A model generated the notes under the pieces. The model ran no database searches, had not been told where the DNA came from, and worked only from the letters and a program-made list of their open reading frames with translations. A stretch of DNA of 64,000 bases, taken from the NCBI GenBank assembly GCA_965225955.1, contig CBDDBX010000015.1, forward strand, positions 32,923 to 96,922, given 5' to 3'. The DNA is from Candidatus Aminicenantia bacterium. Its GTDB lineage: Bacteria > Acidobacteriota > Aminicenantia > UBA2199. Made by a program: the position numbers and the translations under genes. This document shows, one piece after another, positions 56,148-64,000 of this stretch (the stretch's first letter is position 1; each line of letters opens with the position of its first letter).

Positions 56148-57349
56148 TGCCCTATTACAGATGCGTTTTTCTTGATAGCCAGGGTAAAATAAACAAAAGA
56201 ACCCTCTTTGCGGATTCTGTTGATGAACTGAGAAACAACGAAGGGGATGAAAAACTTATCTCTGCGAAACGGGAGTGGTTGAGTAAATCCTCGGGTGGAG
56301 ATATTTTTGGTGGAAAAGTAAGTGCCAAAGATTTTCTTCAGTTCAATCAAAAACTGGTTGTTCTGTTGAGAGCAGGTGTATCTGTAATTAATGCTCTCGG
56401 AGTAATTGTTTCAAATATGAAAAGGGGAGCTTTTCACGATATACTTACTGATGTTCAGAAGGATATACGTAATGGAGTGATGCTCTCCCAGGCTTTCAGT
56501 AATCCGCGGCTTCCTTTTAACAGGATCTATGTGGCATCGCTGGTAGCCGGCGAAAAGAGTGGTGCTCTGGAAAATGTGATAGAGAGATTTAATTCATATT
56601 TAACCAAAATCACTTCTCTTAGAAGAAAGCTTTTTTCCAGTCTGGCTTATCCGGTTATTCTACTGCTTACTATGATTGCAATGGTAGTTGTGGTAATGAT
56701 CTATGTTATTCCAAAATTTACAGAGTTCTTTAGTAATCTTGATGCAGAATTACCGGTAATTACAAAGTTTCTGATAGCCTTTTCCGGCTGGATGGAAGCC
56801 AATGCGGGTTATCTGTTTCTTGCAGGCGGCGGTCTCTGGTTTGGAATAAAGTTTGTGGAAAAACGTTTCCCGAAAGTCACAATATTTGATTTTATAAAAC
56901 TTAAACTGCCTTTTGTTGGCAGTATTATGCTGGAGAACAGTATGCTGGTGTTCTCCAAAACATTGTCAATTCTTATTTCCGGTGGTATCCCTGTGCCGGA
57001 ATCAGTGGGAATATCTGTTAAGACAATATCCAATCGTTTTATATATAGTAAAATGTGTGATATCAACACAGATATTCAGGAAGGACGTCTCTTCTCAGAA
57101 GTTCTGGAAGAGATATCTGTAGTTCCCGGCATAATGATTGAAGTAATTAAAGTTGGGGAATCATCCGGTAATATTGTGGATGTTCTTGATAGAAATACAG
57201 ACTTTCTTGAAGAGTCAATTGATGCACGGGTAAGCGCTCTTATATCTCTTATTGAACCTATAATGCTTGTTGTACTTGGGCTGGCAGTAGCTTTTATGCT
57301 TGCATCAATATATATACCTATCTTCTCAACAGTAAACTTTGTGAGATGA
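56147..57349 (+). CDS. GspF/PilC-family platform protein (T2SS / type IV pilus)
   Basis: 400 aa. Two T2SSF repeats and three TM segments. Its start shares one base with the serS stop (TAATG). Confidence 0.9.
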   Translation: MPYYRCVFLDSQGKINKRTLFADSVDELRNNEGDEKLISAKREWLSKSSGGDIFGGKVSAKDFLQFNQKLVVLLRAGVSVINALGVIVSNMKRGAFHDILTDVQKDIRNGVMLSQAFSNPRLPFNRIYVASLVAGEKSGALENVIERFNSYLTKITSLRRKLFSSLAYPVILLLTMIAMVVVVMIYVIPKFTEFFSNLDAELPVITKFLIAFSGWMEANAGYLFLAGGGLWFGIKFVEKRFPKVTIFDFIKLKLPFVGSIMLENSMLVFSKTLSILISGGIPVPESVGISVKTISNRFIYSKMCDINTDIQEGRLFSEVLEEISVVPGIMIEVIKVGESSGNIVDVLDRNTDFLEESIDARVSALISLIEPIMLVVLGLAVAFMLASIYIPIFSTVNFVR

Positions 57350-57365
57350 CACAGGAGGAAAACAA

Positions 57366-58886
57366 TTGCTTTCCAGAATATCGATAGATTATGATCTGCT
57401 GAGTAAATTCCCGGCAGAGTTCATGGTTAAGAATCTGTTTTTCCCGATTAAGGCAGATGAAGATACAATTAGTGTAGCTATGCCTGATGGGGACAACCTT
57501 GATAAGATTTCCCTTATAGAGAACTATATTGGAAAAAGAGTTGTAGTTGAAGAGGTTTCCAGAGAAGAACTTGAGAAGATTCTTAAAAAAAGTGACTCTT
57601 ATACAGAGGTGCTTAAAGCCAGAACTGAAACATTTATCTCCCGTAAAAGTGGTGAAGAGGAAGAAGTTGTTGATATGTCTATTGAGAAGATTACTGAAGA
57701 TGACGATTCAGTAGTTAAACTCCTCAATAACATAGTTTTTTCAGCTGTTAATAAGAAAGCTTCAGATATTCATATTGAAGCCCAGGGAGATTCTGTAACT
57801 GTAAAATACAGAATCGATGGTATTCTTGTGCAGATTATGGAACCTCTTGATTTTTCCTATCATCAACCTCTTCTTACAAGAATCAAGGTAATTTCAGAAC
57901 TTGATATTGCAGAAAGAAGAATTCCTCAGGATGGTAGATTCAGACTCAAATTTCAGAAGTCTCCGATAGATTTCCGTGTTTCCATTATTCCGGGAATTTA
58001 TGGAGAGAATGCAGTTATAAGAATCCTGGACAGAGATATGATCACTGAAGATATAGGCGAGTTGAGTCTCGGGGTTCTGGGATTTTCTGATTACCTTATT
58101 GATAAGATCCACTACTATATTGAGCAACCTTACGGAATGTTTCTGGTAACAGGTCCAACTGGTAGTGGTAAAACAACTACTCTTTATGCATCTCTTAACG
58201 AAATAAGCAGTCCCGAAGATAAGATCATTACTATAGAAGACCCTGTGGAATACCAGATTAGTGGAATTACGCAGATCCCTGTTAATGAGAAGAAAGGTCT
58301 GACTTTTGCCAGAGGTCTGAGAGCTATACTGAGACACGATCCCGACAAAATTATGGTAGGGGAGATAAGAGATCCGGAAACAGCTCAGATTGCTATTCAG
58401 TCTGCTCTGACCGGACATCTCGTTTTTACAACTGTTCATGCAAATAACGTATTTGATGTATTAGGAAGATTTATTAATATGGAAGTCGATGCATATAGCT
58501 TTGTATCAGCTCTGAACTGTATTGTAGCCCAGAGACTTGTAAGAAATCTCTGTACTCAGTGCAGAATTTCCTATATGCCTGACGCAGAAGAACTGGAGGA
58601 GAACAGAATCCGTCCCGGTTACTTTGGAGATATCATTTATAAACCCGGAGGGTGCCCTGCATGTTCCGAAACTGGCTATACAGGCCGTACTGTTATTAGT
58701 GAGATACTTGAACTGACAGATGAAATCAAAGAACTGATTCTTGATAAAAAACCTACTTCAGAGATTAAAAAAGCTGCAATGGCGCAAGGTATGATTCCTA
58801 TAAGATCAAATGGGCTTGAGAAAGTGCAGATGGGTATAACTTCAATGAAAGAATTAAACAGAGTGACGGTAAAAGAATGGTGCTGA
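57366..58886 (+). CDS. GspE/PilB-family secretion ATPase
   Basis: Walker A GPTGSGKTTT, Asp box, Walker B/His box region (IMVGEIRD, GHLVFTTVHAN), tetracysteine CTQC...CPAC. TTG start behind AGGAGG. Confidence 0.93.
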   Translation: MLSRISIDYDLLSKFPAEFMVKNLFFPIKADEDTISVAMPDGDNLDKISLIENYIGKRVVVEEVSREELEKILKKSDSYTEVLKARTETFISRKSGEEEEVVDMSIEKITEDDDSVVKLLNNIVFSAVNKKASDIHIEAQGDSVTVKYRIDGILVQIMEPLDFSYHQPLLTRIKVISELDIAERRIPQDGRFRLKFQKSPIDFRVSIIPGIYGENAVIRILDRDMITEDIGELSLGVLGFSDYLIDKIHYYIEQPYGMFLVTGPTGSGKTTTLYASLNEISSPEDKIITIEDPVEYQISGITQIPVNEKKGLTFARGLRAILRHDPDKIMVGEIRDPETAQIAIQSALTGHLVFTTVHANNVFDVLGRFINMEVDAYSFVSALNCIVAQRLVRNLCTQCRISYMPDAEELEENRIRPGYFGDIIYKPGGCPACSETGYTGRTVISEILELTDEIKELILDKKPTSEIKKAAMAQGMIPIRSNGLEKVQMGITSMKELNRVTVKEWC

Positions 58887-59650
58887 CAGAACACATTATT
58901 GGTTATAAAATGCCTGAAAGGATTCTGCTGTCAGGTAAAACGTTTCTGGAATTGTACAGAAAAGAGAAAGGGAAAGCTACTATACAGAACAGATGGGATG
59001 GTGGTGTTGTTAATCGTGATGTTCTGCAAAGCCTGTTTCGCAGTACCGGGACCGGAGATACCGGAGTAGTACTGAGTGGTGATAAATTCATATACAATAT
59101 TCTTGAGTTTGATAAACTGCCTGTAAGGTTTAACCAGAAAAAAGAGATGGTTGAATGGCGTTTAAGTAAAGTTTTCCCCGGAGATCCCGGAGAATATGAT
59201 CATCAGATAGTTACTCTTGATCGTAAAAGTGTTCTTTCTGTATTACTTCCTGCTGTTATAAGGCAGAATACAGAGAGTAGTTTTCAGGAAGCTGATCTCA
59301 AAGAGATCTATATTGGAAACAGTTTCCTGGAAATGTGCAATATGTTTAGCCGTTCTGCTCCCAATAGCATGATGATTGAGCTTGGGGATGGTTACTGTGT
59401 AGTTGGTTTTGGAAAACCCCTTACTTATGTTCGTAAGTTCAATAGCCCTGATCTTAATAGTGTAATTGGTGAACTTGACAGAACAGCTAAGCATATAAAT
59501 AAGAAAATAATAGATGGTGAGATCTCAGAACTCAATATCTTTGATAATAGTAGTGGTGGAGCCAGTCGGATTACAGAGTATTTCTCTGATCAATATGGAC
59601 TTAAAAGTACTCTGCTTAACAGAGAGGCTTTTGCAGGAGGATTGAAATAG
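58877..59650 (+). CDS. Hypothetical protein at the PilM/GspL position of the cluster
   Basis: 257 aa, cytoplasmic-looking. Overlaps the ATPase gene by 10 nt. I see no actin-like ATP-binding motifs, so the assignment is positional only. Confidence 0.45.
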   Translation: MVLTEHIIGYKMPERILLSGKTFLELYRKEKGKATIQNRWDGGVVNRDVLQSLFRSTGTGDTGVVLSGDKFIYNILEFDKLPVRFNQKKEMVEWRLSKVFPGDPGEYDHQIVTLDRKSVLSVLLPAVIRQNTESSFQEADLKEIYIGNSFLEMCNMFSRSAPNSMMIELGDGYCVVGFGKPLTYVRKFNSPDLNSVIGELDRTAKHINKKIIDGEISELNIFDNSSGGASRITEYFSDQYGLKSTLLNREAFAGGLK

Positions 59651-60177
59651 TGCTTAGATATAATATTTCATCAAACCGTAAGCCTGATAATAAAAGATTG
59701 GCTGTAATTCTGGGTTCTGCTCTTATACTTCTTGCAATCTTTACAACTGTCGGAATTATAATTCAGAGCAGAGACAGAGCTGAAGTTATAGATAATAATG
59801 ATAAGCTTGATGCTCTGTCACAGAGAATTGACAGTACCACAGAGCGGGTCGGAGATTATAGAAAAGTAATCAGTGAAAACAGAAACCGTTTTGGTAAAGA
59901 AATTGATTATATAAATAGACTTATAATAAGAAGTAATACACCTTTTACAGGTATGTTCAATCAGGTTGAAGAGTTGCTGCCTCCTACTGTTGCAGTAAGA
60001 AAGATCCAGATTCGTAAAAACAGATCCCTGATGGTAACTCTTGAATCTGAAACAATGCAGCCTTTAATAGATGTTCTGGAAAAAGTTCCTGATCAGAAAC
60101 TTGTAGTATCTGAACCTAACAAGAAGAAAAATGAGTACTATTATACAGCAACCATTACTGTGGGTGGCAGAAAATGA
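59650..60177 (+). CDS. PilN-like bitopic assembly protein
   Basis: 175 aa. Short cytoplasmic tail, one TM (LAVILGSALILLAIFTTVGIII), then a coiled-coil and an alpha/beta domain. GTG start abuts the previous stop. Confidence 0.5.
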   Translation: MLRYNISSNRKPDNKRLAVILGSALILLAIFTTVGIIIQSRDRAEVIDNNDKLDALSQRIDSTTERVGDYRKVISENRNRFGKEIDYINRLIIRSNTPFTGMFNQVEELLPPTVAVRKIQIRKNRSLMVTLESETMQPLIDVLEKVPDQKLVVSEPNKKKNEYYYTATITVGGRK

Positions 60178-60701
60178 AGAGAAGTGAAATAGCAGTAATA
60201 GCAGCAGCAGTAATTGTGTCCCTGAGTTTTATATTTATGATGTCTACAATCGTGTCTTCGTCGTTAGATAAAATTTCAAGTGCCAACTTCGATAGCCGTA
60301 TGGAACAATTGAAAGCTAAACAGAAAGAGGTAGATAACCTCAAGGCTGCTTATGAAGAGTGGAAGAGTGCAGGAGATAGTATTAAAGAGTTCCGAAAACA
60401 GGAGATTATGGCTTTCAGAAAGTTTCCGTCATTTAATAAATCTCTCAAATCAGCAATTAATGGTACAGGTCTGAGAATTGAGAGTATGCAGAATAAGATT
60501 ACTTCTACAAAGAAATATGACTTTGTTAAAGTAATAGTAAAACTTAATCTGAAGGGGCACTACCGTTCCTATAAAACTTTTATTAATAAACTGAATACAT
60601 TCGGAACTCTGGTTATTCTGAGAAATATGGAACTACAGAAGGGTGATAATATGGTTGAGGGAAATATAAATCTGGAGGTCTGTTTTGATCGCAGGAGTTA
60701 G
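60174..60701 (+). CDS. PilO/GspM-like bitopic assembly protein
   Basis: 175 aa. One TM (IAVIAAAVIVSLSFIFMMSTIV) and a coiled-coil. 4-nt ATGA overlap with the previous gene. Confidence 0.5.
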   Translation: MKRSEIAVIAAAVIVSLSFIFMMSTIVSSSLDKISSANFDSRMEQLKAKQKEVDNLKAAYEEWKSAGDSIKEFRKQEIMAFRKFPSFNKSLKSAINGTGLRIESMQNKITSTKKYDFVKVIVKLNLKGHYRSYKTFINKLNTFGTLVILRNMELQKGDNMVEGNINLEVCFDRRS

Positions 60702-61146
60702 GATAATTATTATTTTAGTAATAGTCTGTTTCACAAACGGATTATGGGGTGAACTGATTAAAAGGGGAAACGGTACTGGTAAAGCAGAGCCTGTTAGTGT
60801 TAAAAGAGATATCTTCAGATTCGGTAGTTCAGCTCCTCCTCCCAGAATTCCTACGAGAGAAGAGATTGAAAGAGAGAAAAAAGAACAGCAGAAGAGGGTG
60901 GAGGAAGATAAAAAAGTTGAAGCCACTCTGCAGGAAGCTGCTACTGTTGTTGTCTATGAAGGATATGTTACTGATAATGGCAAAGTAATGGCTCTTATAA
61001 GTATTGATGGAGAATATCATGTTGTCAGTGCTAAAAGTATGATTCTTGATGAAGTTGAAGTAGTTAAAATTACTGAAGAGATGATAACGCTCAGAGTAAA
61101 AGATAAAGTAATGGAAATAGAATTTAAAGGTGGTGATGAGAAATGA
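60685..61146 (+). CDS. PilP-position small protein (TM, Lys/Glu-rich linker, beta-rich C-terminus)
   Basis: 153 aa. N-terminal TM. REEIEREKKEQQKRVEEDKK linker. C-terminal VVYEGYVTDNGKVMALISIDGEYHVV resembles PilP/GspC HR-type beta domains. Both ends overlap the neighbouring genes. Confidence 0.4.
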   Translation: MIAGVRIIIILVIVCFTNGLWGELIKRGNGTGKAEPVSVKRDIFRFGSSAPPPRIPTREEIEREKKEQQKRVEEDKKVEATLQEAATVVVYEGYVTDNGKVMALISIDGEYHVVSAKSMILDEVEVVKITEEMITLRVKDKVMEIEFKGGDEK

Positions 61147-63233
61147 GAATATTACAGAAACTGACACTGATACTGCTGATTGCCAGTCTGACAGGGTGCA
61201 TGACCACTGGTAATAAGAATATCGAAGCCGGGGACAACGATTTCAGGCAGGGCAACTATGATGCTGCAATAGATAAGCTTTCGAAAATTAATAGTAGTGG
61301 TAAAGGAAGTAGAGGGCAGAAGGTAAAAGCTATGCTTTTCAGAGCAAAACTGGCAAAATATTATGAACATCTGGCAAAAGCACGTCAGCATAGAGAAAAA
61401 GGTGCAAAAGAAAATGCTGTGGAAGAGTACAACAGAGCTCTAGGGGTGTTTCCTCATAATAACACACTCATAAAAGAGATTAAGGATTATGTCAGCGGTG
61501 CAGATCTTGTTGCTGAAAGAAAGAAAAGAACTGTCTCTGATGTGGAACTGCCTGCAGTACTTGCAATAGATAAAAAAAAAGAGATAGATCTCAACCTGAG
61601 AAGTGTTCCTGTAACTTCAATATTCAAAGCTGTAGGGAAGTTCTATGGAGTGAACTTTATCTTTGATAAGGATTTCAAGGATTTTGTCTACAGTATTGAG
61701 ATAGATGATATAGATTTTGACACAATTGTCAGACAGCTCTGCCTTGTGGCAAACTGCAGACCCAGAATACTTGGAGATAAAACTGTTCTTATTTACCCTG
61801 ATTCAGCATTCAAAAAAAGACATTTTGCCCTTAAAGGTGTAAAGGTTTTCTATCTTTCAAATCTTGTAGCGAAAGAGACTGCAAAGCTGGTGCTGGCTCT
61901 TTTCAGGGATCAGCAGATTATTCTTCAGGAAGATGCACATCTTAACTGCCTTATTGTGAAAGGAACCAGTGATACTCTGAAAGAGATAGAACTTTTTATT
62001 AACAAAATTGATAAAGAGAAGAGTGAAGTGCTTCTGGATGTTGAAATACTTGAAGTTAACAGAACTCTTATTAATAAACTTGGAACAGATTTAGGTGCTT
62101 CAACAGCCAGTACTACTTTGACAGCAGGTCAGCTGGCGTCAGATGGTAAATCCGTGCTTCCAATATTTAAACTTGATAATCTTAAGAACACAAGCTTCTT
62201 TGCAAGTATACCCAGCGTAGCTCTTCACTATCTTGGGCAGGACGAGAATAATACTATTATTGCCAAACCTAACCTGAGAGGTGTGGATGGTGAAGCCATT
62301 AAGTTTATGGTTGGTGATGAAGTACCTATAAAATCGACGACTTTTGGTTCAGTTGCTGCGGGTGGTGTGAATACAGTGCCTCAGACATCATATGAATATA
62401 AAAATGTAGGTATTGAAATTAAGATAACACCTCATGTACATGGAAATAACGAAGTTACCCTTAAGATCAAGCTTACAATGAATTTTATTACCAGTTATAA
62501 CAAAGATGATTTTCCAATACTGGGTAAAAGAGAGCTTGAGAGTGTCATAAGACTCAAAGAGGGAGAAACCAATATTATTGGTGGTTTTATAAAAGATGAG
62601 GATAAGAAGGCTATGAAGGGAACCACAGGGCTGATGAAACTTCCGTTACTTGGTAAACTCTTTGGGCATAATGATGATAAATCAACACAGACAGATATTT
62701 TGTTTGCTGTAACTCCAAGAGTTATAAGGAAGGCGGCTCTTAAAGGAAACGACCTCATTCCTGTATGGTCAGGAGATGATAATTCAGCAAGTAACGGAAG
62801 AAGTAGTGAAAGGGATGGACTTTATCGCAGAAGAGTCGTTTCTCCACCTCCGGTAAAATCTGAGGCTGTATCTGTTATTGCTCCATCCTCATCTGTACCG
62901 GCAGGACAGATTGTGAATTTCCCGATTGTTGTAAATACTAAAAAGAAAATTAAAAGTGTCTCTCTGTCCGGCTCTGTTTCAGGAGGAACTATTGTAGGAT
63001 TTACAGTTAGTGGTAATGAGGAAGATACTCTTAAACACCATACAGAAAGTGGTTTCAACCTTGGAATATCAGGTGAAAAGGGAGCAACAGTAAATAAAAG
63101 ACTTGGTGTACTTAAGGTTAAGTTTAAAGAAAAAGGAAACGCTGCTATTCAGATAGATTCAATATCAGCTTCTTCAGAAAAAGGGAAAAGCATCGATCTC
63201 AAAGTGGAAAATGCTGAGATCAAAGTAAAATAA
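61143..63233 (+). CDS. Secretin (GspD/PilQ family) lipoprotein with an extra C-terminal beta-rich domain
   Basis: Lipobox SLTGC, TPR-like N-terminus and N0/N1-like domains. Secretin core IIAKPNLRGVDGEAIKFMVGDEVPI ... YKNVGIEIKITPHV ... LPLLGKLFG ... ILFAVTPRVI. About 130 additional residues follow the core. Confidence 0.9.
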   Translation: MRILQKLTLILLIASLTGCMTTGNKNIEAGDNDFRQGNYDAAIDKLSKINSSGKGSRGQKVKAMLFRAKLAKYYEHLAKARQHREKGAKENAVEEYNRALGVFPHNNTLIKEIKDYVSGADLVAERKKRTVSDVELPAVLAIDKKKEIDLNLRSVPVTSIFKAVGKFYGVNFIFDKDFKDFVYSIEIDDIDFDTIVRQLCLVANCRPRILGDKTVLIYPDSAFKKRHFALKGVKVFYLSNLVAKETAKLVLALFRDQQIILQEDAHLNCLIVKGTSDTLKEIELFINKIDKEKSEVLLDVEILEVNRTLINKLGTDLGASTASTTLTAGQLASDGKSVLPIFKLDNLKNTSFFASIPSVALHYLGQDENNTIIAKPNLRGVDGEAIKFMVGDEVPIKSTTFGSVAAGGVNTVPQTSYEYKNVGIEIKITPHVHGNNEVTLKIKLTMNFITSYNKDDFPILGKRELESVIRLKEGETNIIGGFIKDEDKKAMKGTTGLMKLPLLGKLFGHNDDKSTQTDILFAVTPRVIRKAALKGNDLIPVWSGDDNSASNGRSSERDGLYRRRVVSPPPVKSEAVSVIAPSSSVPAGQIVNFPIVVNTKKKIKSVSLSGSVSGGTIVGFTVSGNEEDTLKHHTESGFNLGISGEKGATVNKRLGVLKVKFKEKGNAAIQIDSISASSEKGKSIDLKVENAEIKVK

Positions 63234-63251
63234 GATAAGTTGAAGCTCTTG

Positions 63252-63289
63252 TTCGCCCTCCCCTCAGTCTCTTTACTGAGGAGGGCGAA
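63252..63289. terminator. Bidirectional terminator between the secretin gene and hup
   Basis: TTCGCCCTCCCCTCAGT-CTCTTT-ACTGAGGAGGGCGAA, about a 15-bp stem with one bulge, between convergent genes. Confidence 0.7.
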
Positions 63290-63309
63290 AAGAGGCTGAG
63301 GCGCCAGGT

Positions 63310-63582
63310 TTACTGAACCTGTTCTTTTAAAGCTTTGCCAGGTTTGAAAACCGGAACGTTTTTAGCTTTGATAACAAGTTTCTGACCAGATTTAGGATTA
63401 ACGCCTGTTCTTTCTTTTCTGTGTGATACAGCAAAAGTTCCGAAACCAACAAGAGTTACTTTCCCTTTATTTTTGAGTTCGTCTGCAACTGTTTCGATAA
63501 AGGCATTAACAAGTTTTTCAGTATCTGCAACTTTTAAATCAGCTTTTTCAGCGATAGCTTTTACTAATTCTGTTTTGTTCAT
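63310..63582 (-). CDS. hup: HU-family nucleoid-associated DNA-binding protein
   Basis: 90 aa. MNKTELVKAIAEKADL...VTLVGFGTFAVSHRKERTGVNPKSGQKLVIKAKNVPVFKPGKALKE. Confidence 0.93.
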   Translation of the reverse strand: MNKTELVKAIAEKADLKVADTEKLVNAFIETVADELKNKGKVTLVGFGTFAVSHRKERTGVNPKSGQKLVIKAKNVPVFKPGKALKEQVQ

Positions 63583-63745
63583 TTATTTCCTCCCATTTAC
63601 AATCTAAGATTCTATGTAATTAGAAACCAAAAGTCAAGTAATAATCAGCATTTAGTAGAAAAGCAAATTGTTGTGAAATACTTATAGATGGGATTATATA
63701 AATATTGACAACCAAAATGCTGGTAAGTAGAATAGGCTTGTTACC

Positions 63746-64000
63746 ATGAACAAAAAGAGAGAATATTCGGTTCAGGAATTGAGTGAAATAAGTGACATCC
63801 TTTCCAAAGGTAATCACCACATCTCTGTCGATGAGATAAAAGATAAAATCGGCTTCTTTAATATAAGAGAGACTCTGCTGCCTGAATTGCAGCAGGCTGC
63901 TTTTCTTGTCAGATTACTTAAAGAGTATGAAGAGGGAAGTGGAGAGGCGTCAATAATCATCGAAGAGACAGGAGAGAGTACCGGTACTAAATCCATGGTG
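63746..64000 (+). CDS. Partial ORF (5' end only) running off the window
   Basis: The ATG at 63746 opens a frame with no stop up to position 64000 (MNKKREYSVQELSEISDILSKGNHH...). Function unknown. It is not in the supplied track because it is truncated. Confidence 0.35.
   Translation, partial: MNKKREYSVQELSEISDILSKGNHHISVDEIKDKIGFFNIRETLLPELQQAAFLVRLLKEYEEGSGEASIIIEETGESTGTKSMV

Noticed and set aside
63620-63996. Two minus-strand ORFs of 60-66 aa at the window end
   Set aside because: Neither has an SD or a motif. The plus strand carries a longer open frame from an ATG at 63746 that runs off the window, and it is the more plausible coding strand.
1-64000. CRISPR arrays, tRNA/rRNA genes, transposases, integrases and prophage genes
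   Set aside because: I saw no regularly spaced direct repeats, no cloverleaf-like sequence in intergenic regions and no ORF with transposase, integrase or phage hallmarks. The repeats reported above are therefore non-autonomous at best.

Overview
This is a 64-kb chromosomal window from a diderm bacterium. TonB-dependent receptors, an RND efflux system with an outer-membrane factor, a secretin and a CsgG-like lipoprotein all point to an outer membrane. GC content is moderately low, about 40% by hand counts of a few lines. I cannot assign a taxon without a database search. I saw no rRNA, tRNA, CRISPR array, transposase or integrase.

Gene content from left to right:
- An AT-rich type II restriction-modification pair (C5-cytosine methyltransferase plus a translationally coupled putative endonuclease).
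- Two CsoR/RcnR-family metal-sensor paralogs. The second heads a CusBAC-like RND efflux operon.
- A compact microviridin-class graspetide (RiPP) operon: two ATP-grasp ligases plus an 82-aa precursor with a PFFARFL leader and three T-x-KYPSD-x-DE cores.
- An ECF sigma / anti-sigma pair followed by two secreted HEAT-repeat proteins.
- Two large FtsX/MacB-type permeases with no adjacent ATPase gene. One sits behind a textbook sigma-54 promoter, the other behind a PadR regulator.
- Three bacteriohemerythrin paralogs, a ferredoxin and a PAS-GGDEF cyclase.
- Two TonB-dependent receptors, one paired with a beta-propeller phytase.
- A VWA-like two-gene operon, DUF503, MscS and serS.
- serS is fused by a one-base TAATG overlap to a seven-gene T2SS/type-IV-pilus-like assembly cluster (GspF, GspE, four small bitopic proteins, secretin with an extra C-terminal domain). 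The window ends with HU.

Best candidate for a new system: the triple-core graspetide operon.

Secondary oddities:
- A 74-bp perfect duplication of a gene's 3' end.
- A roughly 360-bp nested inverted-repeat element with a solo arm elsewhere.
- Direct repeats flanking one hemerythrin gene.
- A possible 23-aa hydrophobic peptide gene.
- An apparently leaderless serS.

All calls rest on reading the sequence and on motif recall. No searches were run.
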